In this document: piece by piece, positions 10,672-21,248 of the stretch
Position numbering within the stretch: position 1 is the first letter of the stretch
How the letters are laid out: every line of letters starts with the position of its first letter
Virus record (IMG/VR): IMGVR_UViG_3300021387_000452
DNA: 64,000 nucleotides
Source: a virus
Lineage: Duplodnaviria; Caudoviricetes
Strand: one strand, 5' to 3'
Position numbers and translations under genes: made by a program
The notes under the pieces: model-generated
What the model saw: only the letters and a program-made list of their open reading frames with translations
The model's database searches: none
Told to the model about the DNA's origin: nothing

Positions 10672-11328
10672 TTATTTAATGTTTTCATAAAGAAGTGTAA
10701 GATGATTTTTCTTAATAAGTCCATCTATTCCTTTACACCTGCAAGCCATATTAGCAAATTGCACAGTGTTAAATGGATGTGCTATGATATGTTTTCCTGT
10801 TCTAGTAGGAATGACTGCTACTATTTTCTTCTTAGGCTCGCAGTCTTCAACCATGTCTATATAATACTTTGTAAGCTGATCAACTGTACATACACCATTA
10901 ACACTATACCAATCTGCGTCTTCTTTATCAACATCAATAATCCAAAGCTGTTCTGAGCGTTCTACATATTTTGCAGCGCATGAATCGAATATAGAATATG
11001 GCTTATCAAAGTTATCTTGCGCAATACGATTAGCATATTCAGCCATAGAGTTTAGTGTAACTTTGTGCCAAGATTTTGCATTTACTGAAGTATAAGCTCG
11101 CATGTTAAGAGTATCACAAAGTAACTTAATTTCATTCTCATACTTATCAAAGTCTTCCATTGTTCTGATGTAATATGTTTTGAATTTATGATTGCCTGCT
11201 ATAATACGAGCATTATCTTTAGCACGACCTATAATCTCTATTGTGTAAAATAAATCAGTAAGTGAATCAAATTGATTACACCACTGAGACTGAATAAATT
11301 CTTTAATAAGTTTGAAGTTATCAGTCAT
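10672..11328 (-). CDS. Possible AEP/primase-polymerase-like protein
   Basis: WIIDVD (hhhDhD) and PTRTGKHII (GxH) motifs. Confidence 0.4.
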   Translation of the reverse strand: MTDNFKLIKEFIQSQWCNQFDSLTDLFYTIEIIGRAKDNARIIAGNHKFKTYYIRTMEDFDKYENEIKLLCDTLNMRAYTSVNAKSWHKVTLNSMAEYANRIAQDNFDKPYSIFDSCAAKYVERSEQLWIIDVDKEDADWYSVNGVCTVDQLTKYYIDMVEDCEPKKKIVAVIPTRTGKHIIAHPFNTVQFANMACRCKGIDGLIKKNHLTLLYENIK

Positions 11329-11984
11329 GGTACCCCCCTATTACAGATCAATATAGCTATTCTGCGCATGAGCTTTAGAAACATCTAAACCCATGTCATG
11401 ATATATACTAACGAGCTCTTCTCCGAAATCACTGCAAGTTAAATCTTTATTGAGTTTAAGAAGAGCATTACAGCTAGGACAATCCATAGTTGATCCAATA
11501 TGATTTAACATTTCAGACTCAGTTAAACCTGTTGAAAAAGCTTTTCCACAAATAGGACATGTACCTTTCCATTTATTGCTCATCTTCAACCTCCACTATT
11601 CTTGTTTCAATTCTCGTTTTAGAATCATTCAACCACAAAAGGAAGTTTGCCCACGTACGGCCTCTAAAAGAACTAAGCCATGCGCCAATATACGTATTGT
11701 GAATTGTGTATTGGCGCCATCCATCTGTCTGCTGCGATCTGAGTTCAATTTGGTATTTCATCTTAGTACTCTCTATCTGGGTGGGTCATATAACGATTCT
11801 TAACTTCTTTATATCGCCTATCAAGAACTTTATTGATTCCATTCCATATACCCTTAACAACAATGTCTAATTCCTTATCACTAAGATTGAATTCATTGTC
11901 AACTACAGAGACTAATCTAATGGAAGCTTTGCTTATCCTTTCGAGTCTTTCGTCCTTTGCCATATTGACCTCCATCTATGATTA

Positions 11985-12058
11985 TTGGGTGGATCCATTC
12001 CATCCAATTTATGAATTACTTATAAATCAATCTCAAGCTGGTGTAAACAAAATTCACG
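11985..12058 (-). promoter_or_regulatory. Cassette copy 2 (no upstream hairpin)
   Basis: TTTACA-17-TATAAG; leader TTGGATGG-AATGG-ATCCACCCAA. Confidence 0.8.
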
Positions 12059-12106
12059 CGTCATTAACTAACTTAAGATACTCACTGGAAGTCATGGCTA
12101 TTTCTC

Positions 12107-12778
12107 CTATTGTTGAGGTTCAATATCACCAACTGCTTCAAGCCCATTCTGGAACAATTCCATTTTAACATACTCATCTTGAACTTTATCGTCTACATCT
12201 CTACCTGATTGTTTTGAAGCAGCAAGCTTTATGATTTTCTTATATTTATCCTTTGGAGAAAGATTTACAGTTTCAGCTTGCTCAGCTAAAACATCTGTCA
12301 TATAGTCATTCTTTTCGCAAATACTAGTTTGTAGTGGATCCATTTGGTTTATAGCTTCAGCTACAACTTGCTTTGCTTCATTAGATGGGCGAGTAAACTT
12401 CGATTCATCAATAGAAATAGTAATCCCCTTCTCTTTTACAGCATCTAAATAAACACTAAGAAGATCTTCTTTTCCTGTAGCATATGAATTAGTAACAATG
12501 TCAACAAGATGGCGGAATGTAGGTGAAACACGATCTGGAAATTTCTCTGATTCTTCAGACTTTTCAAGGCAATTATCTCCCCACCCACGACCTCTATAAT
12601 GAAGATAATCCTTTACTCTCATTAAAGTATTGCGATCAATACTAGTCTGCTGTGAACATAACTTTGCTATGGAATTCATTTCTTTCCACAATGCAGCTTT
12701 TTCATTATGATACTGAATTCCCTGGTCAATACACTCAGCTCTAAGTTGTTCTGTATTCTGAATGCTTTCTGTAGTCAT
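12107..12778 (-). CDS. Hypothetical helical protein (223 aa)
   Basis: ORF with SD. Confidence 0.55.
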   Translation of the reverse strand: MTTESIQNTEQLRAECIDQGIQYHNEKAALWKEMNSIAKLCSQQTSIDRNTLMRVKDYLHYRGRGWGDNCLEKSEESEKFPDRVSPTFRHLVDIVTNSYATGKEDLLSVYLDAVKEKGITISIDESKFTRPSNEAKQVVAEAINQMDPLQTSICEKNDYMTDVLAEQAETVNLSPKDKYKKIIKLAASKQSGRDVDDKVQDEYVKMELFQNGLEAVGDIEPQQ

Positions 12779-13297
12779 AATTACAACTCCACTAATTCAT
12801 TGCAAACATTGGTTCACGAACCCAAAGAGGGCATACTTCTTCAACATAAGACCCTGAGTATGATTTGTAAATATCACGATCTTCATTAGAAAGCTTATCG
12901 AATTCTACAAATTTACCATTCACATAAGCGGCACACGGAAAATCATAATCATTCACTTTATAAATAAATGCAATAAAGTCTTCAAGATACCAAGGCTCTG
13001 TGAAATAATGAGCTGAGTTTTTAATTCCTGCAATAGAATTATACGTTTTACGCATATAAAATGTTTTATTGAAGTCAAGTTCTTCGTCAGCATACGGATC
13101 AGAATGCCATTTAGCAATATGCTGTTCACGATCTTTTTGTCTTTCTTCAGCCTTATATGGTGTAAGTCTGAATTTAATAACAAAACCTGAGTCTTTACGA
13201 GGTTTAAAGATTGTGTTATTGTAGTCTGCCATGGTGATTCTCCTTAGTCTACTAAATGAGTCCGTTCTCATTCAATATAAGTAAAAGTATTGTGTGA

Positions 13298-13456
13298 TTA
13301 TTTTGAAATGTACATTACCTTTTCATCATCGTTCTGTGTAAAATCAGATTCACACATTTCACCTTGAACCCATTCGTAGCCATCTTTACATGGTCCAATG
13401 ACTTCATAATCTTCGTTAAATGTTTTAAGTTTTTCAATTAATTCTTTTACTGTCAT
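13298..13456 (-). CDS. Small acidic MTVKELIEKL-family protein
   Basis: Paralog of the 52-60 kb family; SD AGGAG. Confidence 0.7.
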   Translation of the reverse strand: MTVKELIEKLKTFNEDYEVIGPCKDGYEWVQGEMCESDFTQNDDEKVMYISK

Positions 13457-13479
13457 AATGTTTTCTCCTTCTAGGTTTA

Positions 13480-13570
13480 TTGAATGGACCAATTCCATCC
13501 AATCTTGAGAGACTTATAAGCTAAGACGTAAAACGTGTAAACAAAAATCACCGCTTATTGCGGTGATTTT
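13480..13570 (-). promoter_or_regulatory. Cassette copy 3
   Basis: Full terminator hairpin, TTTACA/TATAAG, leader hairpin with apex variant GGAATTGG. Confidence 0.85.
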
Positions 13571-13920
13571 AACTATTACTCAGCCCAATCAAAAAAGAAC
13601 GTCTTATCAAGACATTCGACCTTAACAACAGGCCAACCACCAGCTGGGCCCTCTTCTTTAATTATAGAGCATTTCACTTTCTTAGTGGCATTGTCCCATA
13701 CCCACGCCTGCATATCAGCTTCAGACATGTTATTCTCTTCAGCCATTGACCACAAAATATCATTCTCCTTTAATGGAGCAAAGAATTCATCTTCACTGAG
13801 GAATTTGTTCTTATCTAGCCCAGCATATGTCTCAAGCATATCAGCCAGATCAAAGAATGATGAAATTATTTTGTAAAGTGAATTGATGTTTGCCATATTG
13901 TGATCTCCTGTGGAGTTAGT

Positions 13921-14010
13921 GGACAGGAACCATTCCCGCCCTTTATGCTGTTCTTATAAATCTTATCTGAAAATTCGTAAAATAAAATCACCGAATTATT
14001 CGGTGATTTT
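13921..14010 (-). promoter_or_regulatory. Cassette copy 4
   Basis: Leader GGGCGGGAA-TGG-TTCCTGTCC (covariant stem); full terminator hairpin. Confidence 0.85.
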
Positions 14011-14014
14011 GTGT

Positions 14015-14290
14015 TTAGTGTCTATGCCTATGATGGTTTGGTGGTGGAGGCGGTGGATGATGGCCAGGTCTTGGCCATCTTGGTGGCGGTGGAGTTGGTC
14101 TATAGTGACGAGGAGTATATAATGGATAGTAATAACGCTCTACACATTCACATCTATTATGTGGAAACGGCAGTAAAACTGTGTAGCATCTTTGAATTCT
14201 GCAATCACTAATTACTACAGGTTGAGCAGAGCATAAAGTTGGAACAATCATCATTACGCTAGCAAATAAAATAGCATATAATTTATTCAT
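14015..14290 (-). CDS. Small secreted Pro/His-rich protein
   Basis: Signal-peptide-like N-terminus, Cys pairs, PPPP/HH tail. Confidence 0.55.
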   Translation of the reverse strand: MNKLYAILFASVMMIVPTLCSAQPVVISDCRIQRCYTVLLPFPHNRCECVERYYYPLYTPRHYRPTPPPPRWPRPGHHPPPPPPNHHRHRH

Positions 14291-14354
14291 AGCAATATCT
14301 CCATAAAGTGAATTAGCTTATTAGTTATATTGATACTAGAAAATTCTATGCCAA

Positions 14355-15038
14355 TTATTCGAGAAATTTAAAGTGACGTTCATATACATGAAGACTCGCT
14401 GCGTTCCAAATAATATCGCCTTTAGTCACATTTAAATTATACTGATTAAGTTCATCAACCATTTTTGATTGAACATACTGCGCCCATAATATATCATTGC
14501 AAAATCCGTATACAGCATCGTTCGATCTCATAAACACAGTGTAATCAAGCTTATATTTATTATCATTAATTTCATTCAAAAATACTTGCGCTGCATAAGT
14601 ACACATAAAATCGTGCATACCATGGTAAGTGCAATCGTATTGCATAGATGGTCTATTGTAAATCATGCATGCTTCACGCGTATGATTATCATATAGCAAT
14701 CTATCTACACAATTGTAGAATTGCCTATAATTCTCATCTGAGAATATACACCATCCATAGTTTGAATTTATCTTGCCATCTCTATCTGCGCAAGCCTGCC
14801 AAATCTTCGGTACATCTCCAGGAATGTCTTTTACATACAGAGATTGTGATTCATACCATTCTATTTCACGTTTTGCATAATCATAATTAGGCTCACGAAT
14901 AATCCAATCTTTATCTACTAAAAAGTGAGCATTTTGAATTTCAACTGTCTTGCCAAACTTTCCAGTTCTAAAGACGCCTTCATTGTAAAGTCTTTTTAGT
15001 TCGTCTCTAATGTCAGATGTTGTTGGAATGCTTATCAT
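14355..15038 (-). CDS. dCMP hydroxymethylase (T4 gp42-like)
   Basis: EIEWYESQSLYVKDIPG, INSNYGW, DFMCT, MRSNDAVYGFCND with the dCMP-specifying Asp, SLHVYERHF. Confidence 0.88.
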   Translation of the reverse strand: MISIPTTSDIRDELKRLYNEGVFRTGKFGKTVEIQNAHFLVDKDWIIREPNYDYAKREIEWYESQSLYVKDIPGDVPKIWQACADRDGKINSNYGWCIFSDENYRQFYNCVDRLLYDNHTREACMIYNRPSMQYDCTYHGMHDFMCTYAAQVFLNEINDNKYKLDYTVFMRSNDAVYGFCNDILWAQYVQSKMVDELNQYNLNVTKGDIIWNAASLHVYERHFKFLE

Positions 15039-15105
15039 TTAACTTCCCCTATAAAATTATAGCCTAGTAGAAATAATCTCTACTAGGCTTAGTATACACT
15101 GTAGA

Positions 15106-16407
15106 TTATAAGCAGCTTAACTGCTTTGTTGTCTGTGTAATATTATCGAATAGAATTGCTCCACTATCATGAACTCGCTGAACTTCTTCTGTTAAACATT
15201 TCAGCGCTTCAGATATTACAAACTGAGCTGTACGGACTGGAACATTCTGACCAATCTTTGGAAATACTCTCTTAATATCACCGTACATCTCAAAGTCATA
15301 AGGCATTCCCATAGATGTTAGCCATTCTCTTATTGTATAGAGACGATCTTCTTTGTAATGAATTGCGCATGGTATTGTTTTGAAAATGCAAGCTGGCAAT
15401 ATATTATTCTTCATGTAGAGCGGAGACATCGTGTAAAAGCTTTTCCCATCAGCTAACTTGCCTTTAATGTGATTAATACTGTGAATGAATCTCTTCTTTT
15501 GATCTTCATCAACATCACTACAATTCTCAGCAAATGAAATCAGGTCATCAAGCTTATTATTATTTATTACATCACATAGCAACGTAGGTGATGAAATCTT
15601 CTCTCTCCAAGAGCTACCATACTGAGACTTAATGTATTTCATAATAATAATGTTTGTGAACGACTGCTCAAGCTGAACATTCATTGGATCACTGTCGTTC
15701 TTTGGAATCCTGCTTAATAGCTCTTCTACTGAGATATGTTTGTTCTCAAAGCCAAGTTGTGGAACACCATCATGAGCAATTTCATCACTAAAGAATAAAA
15801 CAAATGTTCTAGGTCGCTTTTGACAATTGTCATGAAGCTGTGTATCAGTTCTATAATATGCAACTCTATAATTAAACTCATCAGCGATAGACTCTAATCT
15901 TGCTCTAACTGATTTACTTAGAGGGCTTGAATTTGTGAGTCTTGGCGCATTTTCAAAAATATAAATCTTTGGCTTTATTGTCCCAAGAGTAAACTTAGTT
16001 AAAAAGACCATGTTTGAATTTCTAGAATCAAGTGTCTCTTCACTTGCTCTTGTAGCAGCTGACAATCCAGCACATACTGGAACTGCTATCACAAGATCCA
16101 TATTTGAATAATCTGGATGGGCTGACTCACTACCATTTCTTAAAAGTTTTACATTAGCATCTAAATCTCCCTGAAATGGAGTCCGGTCAAATTGATAATA
16201 TGGCACCATTCTATCGTGCTTTTCAAGATACTTGATAAGATTATACTCATTACCAGCGTCAATAAGTACCCCGTTCTTATCATATTTTGGAGCATCAAAT
16301 CCAGGATAAGAAATGATAAATTCAGCAGGATGTCCAGTTGCATTTTCAGCAGAAAAATATTCGCCACCAGTAAGTGGCTGAAGTGCGCACCATTTAATAT
16401 TGTTCAC
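15106..16407 (-). CDS. C5-cytosine methyltransferase-like protein with atypical motif I
   Basis: PVCAGLS (IV), FENAP (VI), QKRPRTF (VIII), TIRE..MGMP (IX), GQNVPV (X); QPLTGG in place of FxGxGG. Confidence 0.75.
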   Translation of the reverse strand: MNNIKWCALQPLTGGEYFSAENATGHPAEFIISYPGFDAPKYDKNGVLIDAGNEYNLIKYLEKHDRMVPYYQFDRTPFQGDLDANVKLLRNGSESAHPDYSNMDLVIAVPVCAGLSAATRASEETLDSRNSNMVFLTKFTLGTIKPKIYIFENAPRLTNSSPLSKSVRARLESIADEFNYRVAYYRTDTQLHDNCQKRPRTFVLFFSDEIAHDGVPQLGFENKHISVEELLSRIPKNDSDPMNVQLEQSFTNIIIMKYIKSQYGSSWREKISSPTLLCDVINNNKLDDLISFAENCSDVDEDQKKRFIHSINHIKGKLADGKSFYTMSPLYMKNNILPACIFKTIPCAIHYKEDRLYTIREWLTSMGMPYDFEMYGDIKRVFPKIGQNVPVRTAQFVISEALKCLTEEVQRVHDSGAILFDNITQTTKQLSCL

Positions 16408-16418
16408 AGTAAATCTCC

Positions 16419-17003
16419 CTATGTATGTTCAACAAAGTGTATAACATCTTTATAGATATCATCCTTGCCCCTAAAATTAGTACCATCATTCACAAATACT
16501 TTCTTTTTATTCTCTATAATTGATTTATCAAAGATGTCATTAAATGCTTGTAGCTCATCTTCTATATCATTCTTTTTAGATGAATAGGATAAACCATCAT
16601 CATTCTTTACAAGTAAATCTGAGCTATTGCTTGTGAGTAGAATGAAGTATAAATCTCTACTGAATATGAATGTTCTAAGCTGACCAACTTCAAGCTTATG
16701 AATTAAACTTTCAACAAGCTCCCTTGATTCGTGTCTATATTTTGGACCATAAACATACTCACCATAAATAGATCTATTATGAATCACTGCATTAATAGAG
16801 TTATCATAATAGCCAGCAAGAGTATCGTGAATAAGCCCATCATAATAAAACTCAAAAAGATTATCTGAAGTAGGAATTCCAGCATGTAGCACTCTTACAT
16901 CTCTGTAGTAATCTTTCAGTTTATTGATTAGTGTATCTTTTCCACAGTTATCAGGACCCTCAATGATGATGATTTTTGGAGCAGGCTTTGTAGAATCAAA
17001 CAT
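16419..17003 (-). CDS. dNMP/thymidylate-kinase-like P-loop kinase
   Basis: IIIEGPDNCGKDT; NRSIYGEYVYG. Confidence 0.8.
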   Translation of the reverse strand: MFDSTKPAPKIIIIEGPDNCGKDTLINKLKDYYRDVRVLHAGIPTSDNLFEFYYDGLIHDTLAGYYDNSINAVIHNRSIYGEYVYGPKYRHESRELVESLIHKLEVGQLRTFIFSRDLYFILLTSNSSDLLVKNDDGLSYSSKKNDIEDELQAFNDIFDKSIIENKKKVFVNDGTNFRGKDDIYKDVIHFVEHT

Positions 17004-17084
17004 AGTTTCACCTATAAAAGTTAAGAGATTCAAATCACTTATTTTTATATATACATTATGTAACGTGTCTATATAAATAAAAAT

Positions 17085-17108
17085 CCCCTAGATCTTTCGA
17101 TCTAGGGG
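17085..17108 (-). terminator. Rho-independent terminator
   Basis: CCCCTAGA/TCTAGGGG stem followed by a T-run on the minus strand. Confidence 0.7.
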
Positions 17109-17749
17109 CTTCATCCTAATCAAACATCATCTCTCTAAATATTGATCTACAATCATAAATAGTCATTTCAAATAAAACATCTTCAACCAAATTTTCAAAT
17201 GCATCTTCATCAATTGAATAAATCTCATCTTTATAGATATGACTATCATCTATATATTTTATACATTCACTAATCTGACATTGTAACGTATTTAATAATT
17301 CATTGTAATTTTCTTCAATATCATCTAGCTTACTATCATCCATTTGTCTAGTTGATCTACATCCGCACATCTGAGCCGCATGATCAGCTAGTCGAATTCC
17401 CAAGCAAGTACCAAGTCTAGAAAAGAATGGTAAAGAGTTCAACATTGATCGTAGTCGATCATCGATCTGTTGAGCATTCATTATAGTTACCTTTCACACA
17501 CCATAAGTTATAGCCAAGCTATTATTCAAGATCTATAGAAGATTTGATATCTGACTTACTCCTGTCTATGAATTCATTATTGAGGCTCATGTGAGAACGT
17601 ATTATATCGCTCATTATGTTCAAGCAAGCTTCCTTTGGCCAATCATATTTGCGCATATCTTCAATAATGCTTAAAAAGAATTTATAGCTACTATTATAAC
17701 GATCTCTTATGCTGTCTATAACATTTAATGTGCTCATTTCTATAAAGCC

Positions 17750-18283
17750 TCACTTTGTTCCAGAGCTGCCAAATCCACCAGTGCCACGAACTGAATCTGG
17801 CTTAAGCTTTTCAAAGTCTTCTGATAAAACTTCTTGAAATGCAGTATGAAGTACTGGTAAATGCATAAATTGAACAAGCTTATCGCCAGTCTTAATTTGA
17901 ACTGGCTCATCACCTGTGTTAATTACATTAAGATGAATCTCCCCAGTGTAATCATGGTCAACTAAACACGCACCAATAATAAGTCCCTTATTTGCTGCAA
18001 CGCCAGACTTATTCACAGCAAGTAAACATGTATCTGTATCGCCAATAATAACACGAATGCCTGACGGAACATTTATTCTACCATGTGGAGCAATTGTGAT
18101 TGTCATGCTATCTCTGTTTGGCGATATACTACACTCATAAAAGCTCTTATTAGTATTCTTAGACTCAAGATCAGTTAAAAATGAGCTATCATATTCTGGC
18201 ACAAAGAAATCTACAGCATCGCCAGTCCCGTATGCTCTATTTGGGCTTTTGACATCACGCGTCTTATTAAAAAGAATGTTCAT
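17750..18283 (-). CDS. dut: Trimeric dUTPase (possibly also dCTPase)
   Basis: NKSGVA, VDHDYTGEI, GDKLVQ, RGTGGFGSSG. Confidence 0.9.
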   Translation of the reverse strand: MNILFNKTRDVKSPNRAYGTGDAVDFFVPEYDSSFLTDLESKNTNKSFYECSISPNRDSMTITIAPHGRINVPSGIRVIIGDTDTCLLAVNKSGVAANKGLIIGACLVDHDYTGEIHLNVINTGDEPVQIKTGDKLVQFMHLPVLHTAFQEVLSEDFEKLKPDSVRGTGGFGSSGTK

Positions 18284-18837
18284 CTATTACAGCTCCTAAG
18301 TCAAATTCATATACATAGATTCATCACGCCCAGCAGCAAACAAATTAGCTACAGCTTTATTGTATTTGATAATGTTGTTATTATCTCCAGCAAGCTTAGC
18401 TAAATCAGTCTTTGGAATAATTAAGAAGAACGTATTTTCTTTATCAGTCTCTCTTAACTTTGCACCATGATCCAAAATATACTTGCAAAGTAACTCGCCA
18501 TCAATAAGATAAAGACAGTCTGACACCTCATCAATAAACACGTACTGTGTAGCTTTATATATGTCTACTTTATTCTTATTAATTGTCATTGTGAAATTTG
18601 GAGAGTTAAAATACTTGGATGAATTCCTCTTAACATTAAGATTCTTCTTAAATCCATTTGAGTAGCACACTATATCAGTGCCATCAAAGTCAGACTGAAT
18701 ATCAGCTTTCATAAACTTAATCCCACTATTGAAATACTTTCTAGACAAAAGCATTTCTACAATAGGCTCATCAACAAGCTTAGCACGGTTAACTGCGCAA
18801 TTGCATTTCATACGTAAATCTCCTCATAAACAGCTTC

Positions 18838-19404
18838 TTAATCAGTTACAGCATACTTATTTGAAATAACTACTCGTGGGTAGATGTATTTCCCACAAAA
18901 CTGTGGCGTGTAAATCACTCTATGAACATTAAATCTTGTGATATTCCTATAATTAAGAACTGTAATCGGCACAGCCATTAAGCCTTCATAATCTATTGGA
19001 ATATCTTTAACACTATCAATGTTGATAATTCCAACGTGGTTGTCTAAGAATGAATACTTAAATTCATTTCCGCGATATGTAGCTTCAAATGAGTTATATG
19101 AGCAATTAGCTGGGCGCTCAGTTGTAAATGTAGCTATAAACTTAATAGAGCCATCAATGAAAATCTTGCCGGTCTTAATAAGATCAAACATTTCAGATCG
19201 TAAAGCAAACTCAATTGGAAGCTTAGCTGACACTTTCTTATTTAGCTTTGCATCTGAAATGAAATCAGCCAATTTGGCTTCATCTTCATCTGATTGAGTT
19301 GCAAGTTTAACATTAGGCTCAATCATCATAGAAATAATGTGATCAAGTAGTTCCTTTTTAGCTGTAGCTTCAATATCCATACTAACTCTCCTATGTAGCG
19401 CCAT
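18838..19404 (-). CDS. Divergent EcoRI-type adenine MTase paralog lacking the NPPF motif
   Basis: INIDSVKDIPIDYEGLMAVPIT...YPRVVI matches the C-terminus of 33630..34532. Confidence 0.55.
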   Translation of the reverse strand: MALHRRVSMDIEATAKKELLDHIISMMIEPNVKLATQSDEDEAKLADFISDAKLNKKVSAKLPIEFALRSEMFDLIKTGKIFIDGSIKFIATFTTERPANCSYNSFEATYRGNEFKYSFLDNHVGIINIDSVKDIPIDYEGLMAVPITVLNYRNITRFNVHRVIYTPQFCGKYIYPRVVISNKYAVTD

Positions 19405-19435
19405 CTAGTAACCATTACTAGATGTATCTCAAATA

Positions 19436-19495
19436 AATATACACTATTTGTAGTCACATGTAAATAGTAAAACCCACTAGATTATCTAGTGGGTT
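19436..19495 (-). promoter_or_regulatory. Terminator followed by a sigma70 promoter
   Basis: ACCCACTAGA/TCTAGTGGGT hairpin; TTTACA (19459-64), 17 bp, TATATT (19436-41). Confidence 0.65.
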
Positions 19496-19501
19496 TATTT
19501 A

Positions 19502-20278
19502 TTAGGTACCTAATGAACCGTAATACGTGCAGGTGCCATTTCTGTGCTTATAAAGATCATCCCAAAGAGCTTCCCAATCAAATGAATCAACTTCATCTTT
19601 AGATGAAAACTCAACAGTTCTAGAATAATTTGCATAACGTGCGCCATACACTAAATCTGTCTCTGTATAGTGATGTTTAACAGTTGCTGTCATTGACCCA
19701 TTCATATAGCCAACATGTACATCGTTTTCATCAAGAACAAAGTCTGCTGACATTGATAATGGAGTAACTTTAACTGTAGCACCATCTGGCATGTGAGATG
19801 CAATGTCTTGAGCTAAACTATCAGCATCTGATAAAAACTCTTTTACATCTCGTCTAAACTGTGTAGCCCATTGCATTGCTTTAGTACCACACATGAATAA
19901 TGCTTTATTCTCTTCTGCTAGTGGGTAACCTAAAGCGCATCTTAAATTAGCATTATCATTAATGTCAGATCTAAACTTACCATTGTCAAAGAACTGAACT
20001 CCCCAAACAAAAACAATCTCAGACCCATCTTTATGGAAATAATTAAACGGTCTACCATCTGGCCAATCAGAGAGATTAAACTTCCATGCAGAAATGTTTA
20101 CTTTTTTACCATTACGAGCAATTGTAGTTGTATTGGCAAATTCTTTTACATCTACATCATCAGGACAAGATGAAAGAATTGCTTTAACCATCTTTGCTCT
20201 AAGAGACTCAGGGCACTCAGGTCTATTAAGTAATTTCTTTGGATCAAATTCGTACCCAGTAAAAGTAATGACTTTCAT
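19502..20278 (-). CDS. Hypothetical early protein
   Basis: ORF behind a degenerate cassette at ~20309-20397. Confidence 0.55.
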   Translation of the reverse strand: MKVITFTGYEFDPKKLLNRPECPESLRAKMVKAILSSCPDDVDVKEFANTTTIARNGKKVNISAWKFNLSDWPDGRPFNYFHKDGSEIVFVWGVQFFDNGKFRSDINDNANLRCALGYPLAEENKALFMCGTKAMQWATQFRRDVKEFLSDADSLAQDIASHMPDGATVKVTPLSMSADFVLDENDVHVGYMNGSMTATVKHHYTETDLVYGARYANYSRTVEFSSKDEVDSFDWEALWDDLYKHRNGTCTYYGSLGT

Positions 20279-20403
20279 CGATATCTCCACAATCAAAAGA
20301 ATCTCTTGTAGTAGCTGCCTTAGCTACATGAAGAGATATAAACTAACTTAGCTAATGTGTAAACACAAAAAAGTGTATCAAACTTTGATACACTTTATGA
20401 CAC

Positions 20404-20745
20404 TTACTTAACTTCTACATTTGCGCTATCTTCAAGTGTAATGTCTAGATTATAGACAGAATCATAAGAGCTTAAAATGTTTGATATTGAGCTCACTTTA
20501 GCAGAGCAGATAGCATAAGCTGTTTGTAGTGATATGTATGACATTAGCAGATCTCCATTAGTCTTAATGGAATCTGTTGGAACTGGATCACATGGATCCA
20601 GCAATGATTGTGGAAACTCAGGCCTAATGTATTGAACTTTAGTTTCAGTTACTGTTTTCACACACCCCGAGATTAGCATCACTATTAATAATAGCAAGCA
20701 GATCATCAGGCAGTGTTTCACTAAACCAATCTTTGACTTCTTCAT
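20404..20745 (-). CDS. o-spanin (Rz1-like lipoprotein)
   Basis: Hydrophobic signal, lipobox LISG/C, Pro-rich PEFPQSLLDPC, overlaps the i-spanin. Confidence 0.8.
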   Translation of the reverse strand: MKKSKIGLVKHCLMICLLLLIVMLISGCVKTVTETKVQYIRPEFPQSLLDPCDPVPTDSIKTNGDLLMSYISLQTAYAICSAKVSSISNILSSYDSVYNLDITLEDSANVEVK

Positions 20746-21046
20746 TGCTTATCACCTGTTCATATATTGCTTGTTTGACAGAAGTATCTTCATCTTTTAT
20801 TTGATTGATACTTGAGATATAGTCATCAGTCACAGCAATAACATTATCAAGTGACTCAATCTCTTTATTAAGAGATTCAATGTTGCACTTCAAAGATTCG
20901 ATCTCATTTGCTTGATTAGTGATAGTTACACTCATCTCATTAATAGTATTGTTAAGACTATTTATGTACACATAGACTGAAATGACTGACGTAACTATCA
21001 CTACAAACACAATAGCTACTATAATTAACTTTACTTTTAGACTCAT
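20645..21046 (-). CDS. i-spanin (Rz-like)
   Basis: N-terminal TM, coiled coil, C-terminal W...LPDDL. Confidence 0.8.
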   Translation of the reverse strand: MSLKVKLIIVAIVFVVIVTSVISVYVYINSLNNTINEMSVTITNQANEIESLKCNIESLNKEIESLDNVIAVTDDYISSINQIKDEDTSVKQAIYEQVISNEEVKDWFSETLPDDLLAIINSDANLGVCENSN

Positions 21047-21248
21047 AGTGCATAATCCAAATTGTAGAATTTAATGCTAGGATCTTCTCTTGTATCATTT
21101 ACAATAGCATAATCCGGAATTGATGTCCCGCCTGTTGGAACACAAACTTCACAGATATCACTATTGTTGTAGTAGTCATTAATAACTAGTACTACATCTT
21201 CATCGTTGCAATTATCTTCTGTAATAACATAATTATAATCGATATCGC

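Noticed and set aside
14355-15038. Ordinary thymidylate synthase ThyA
   Set aside because: It has the Asp in GFCND and gp42-like motifs indicating dCMP specificity; ThyX is encoded separately.
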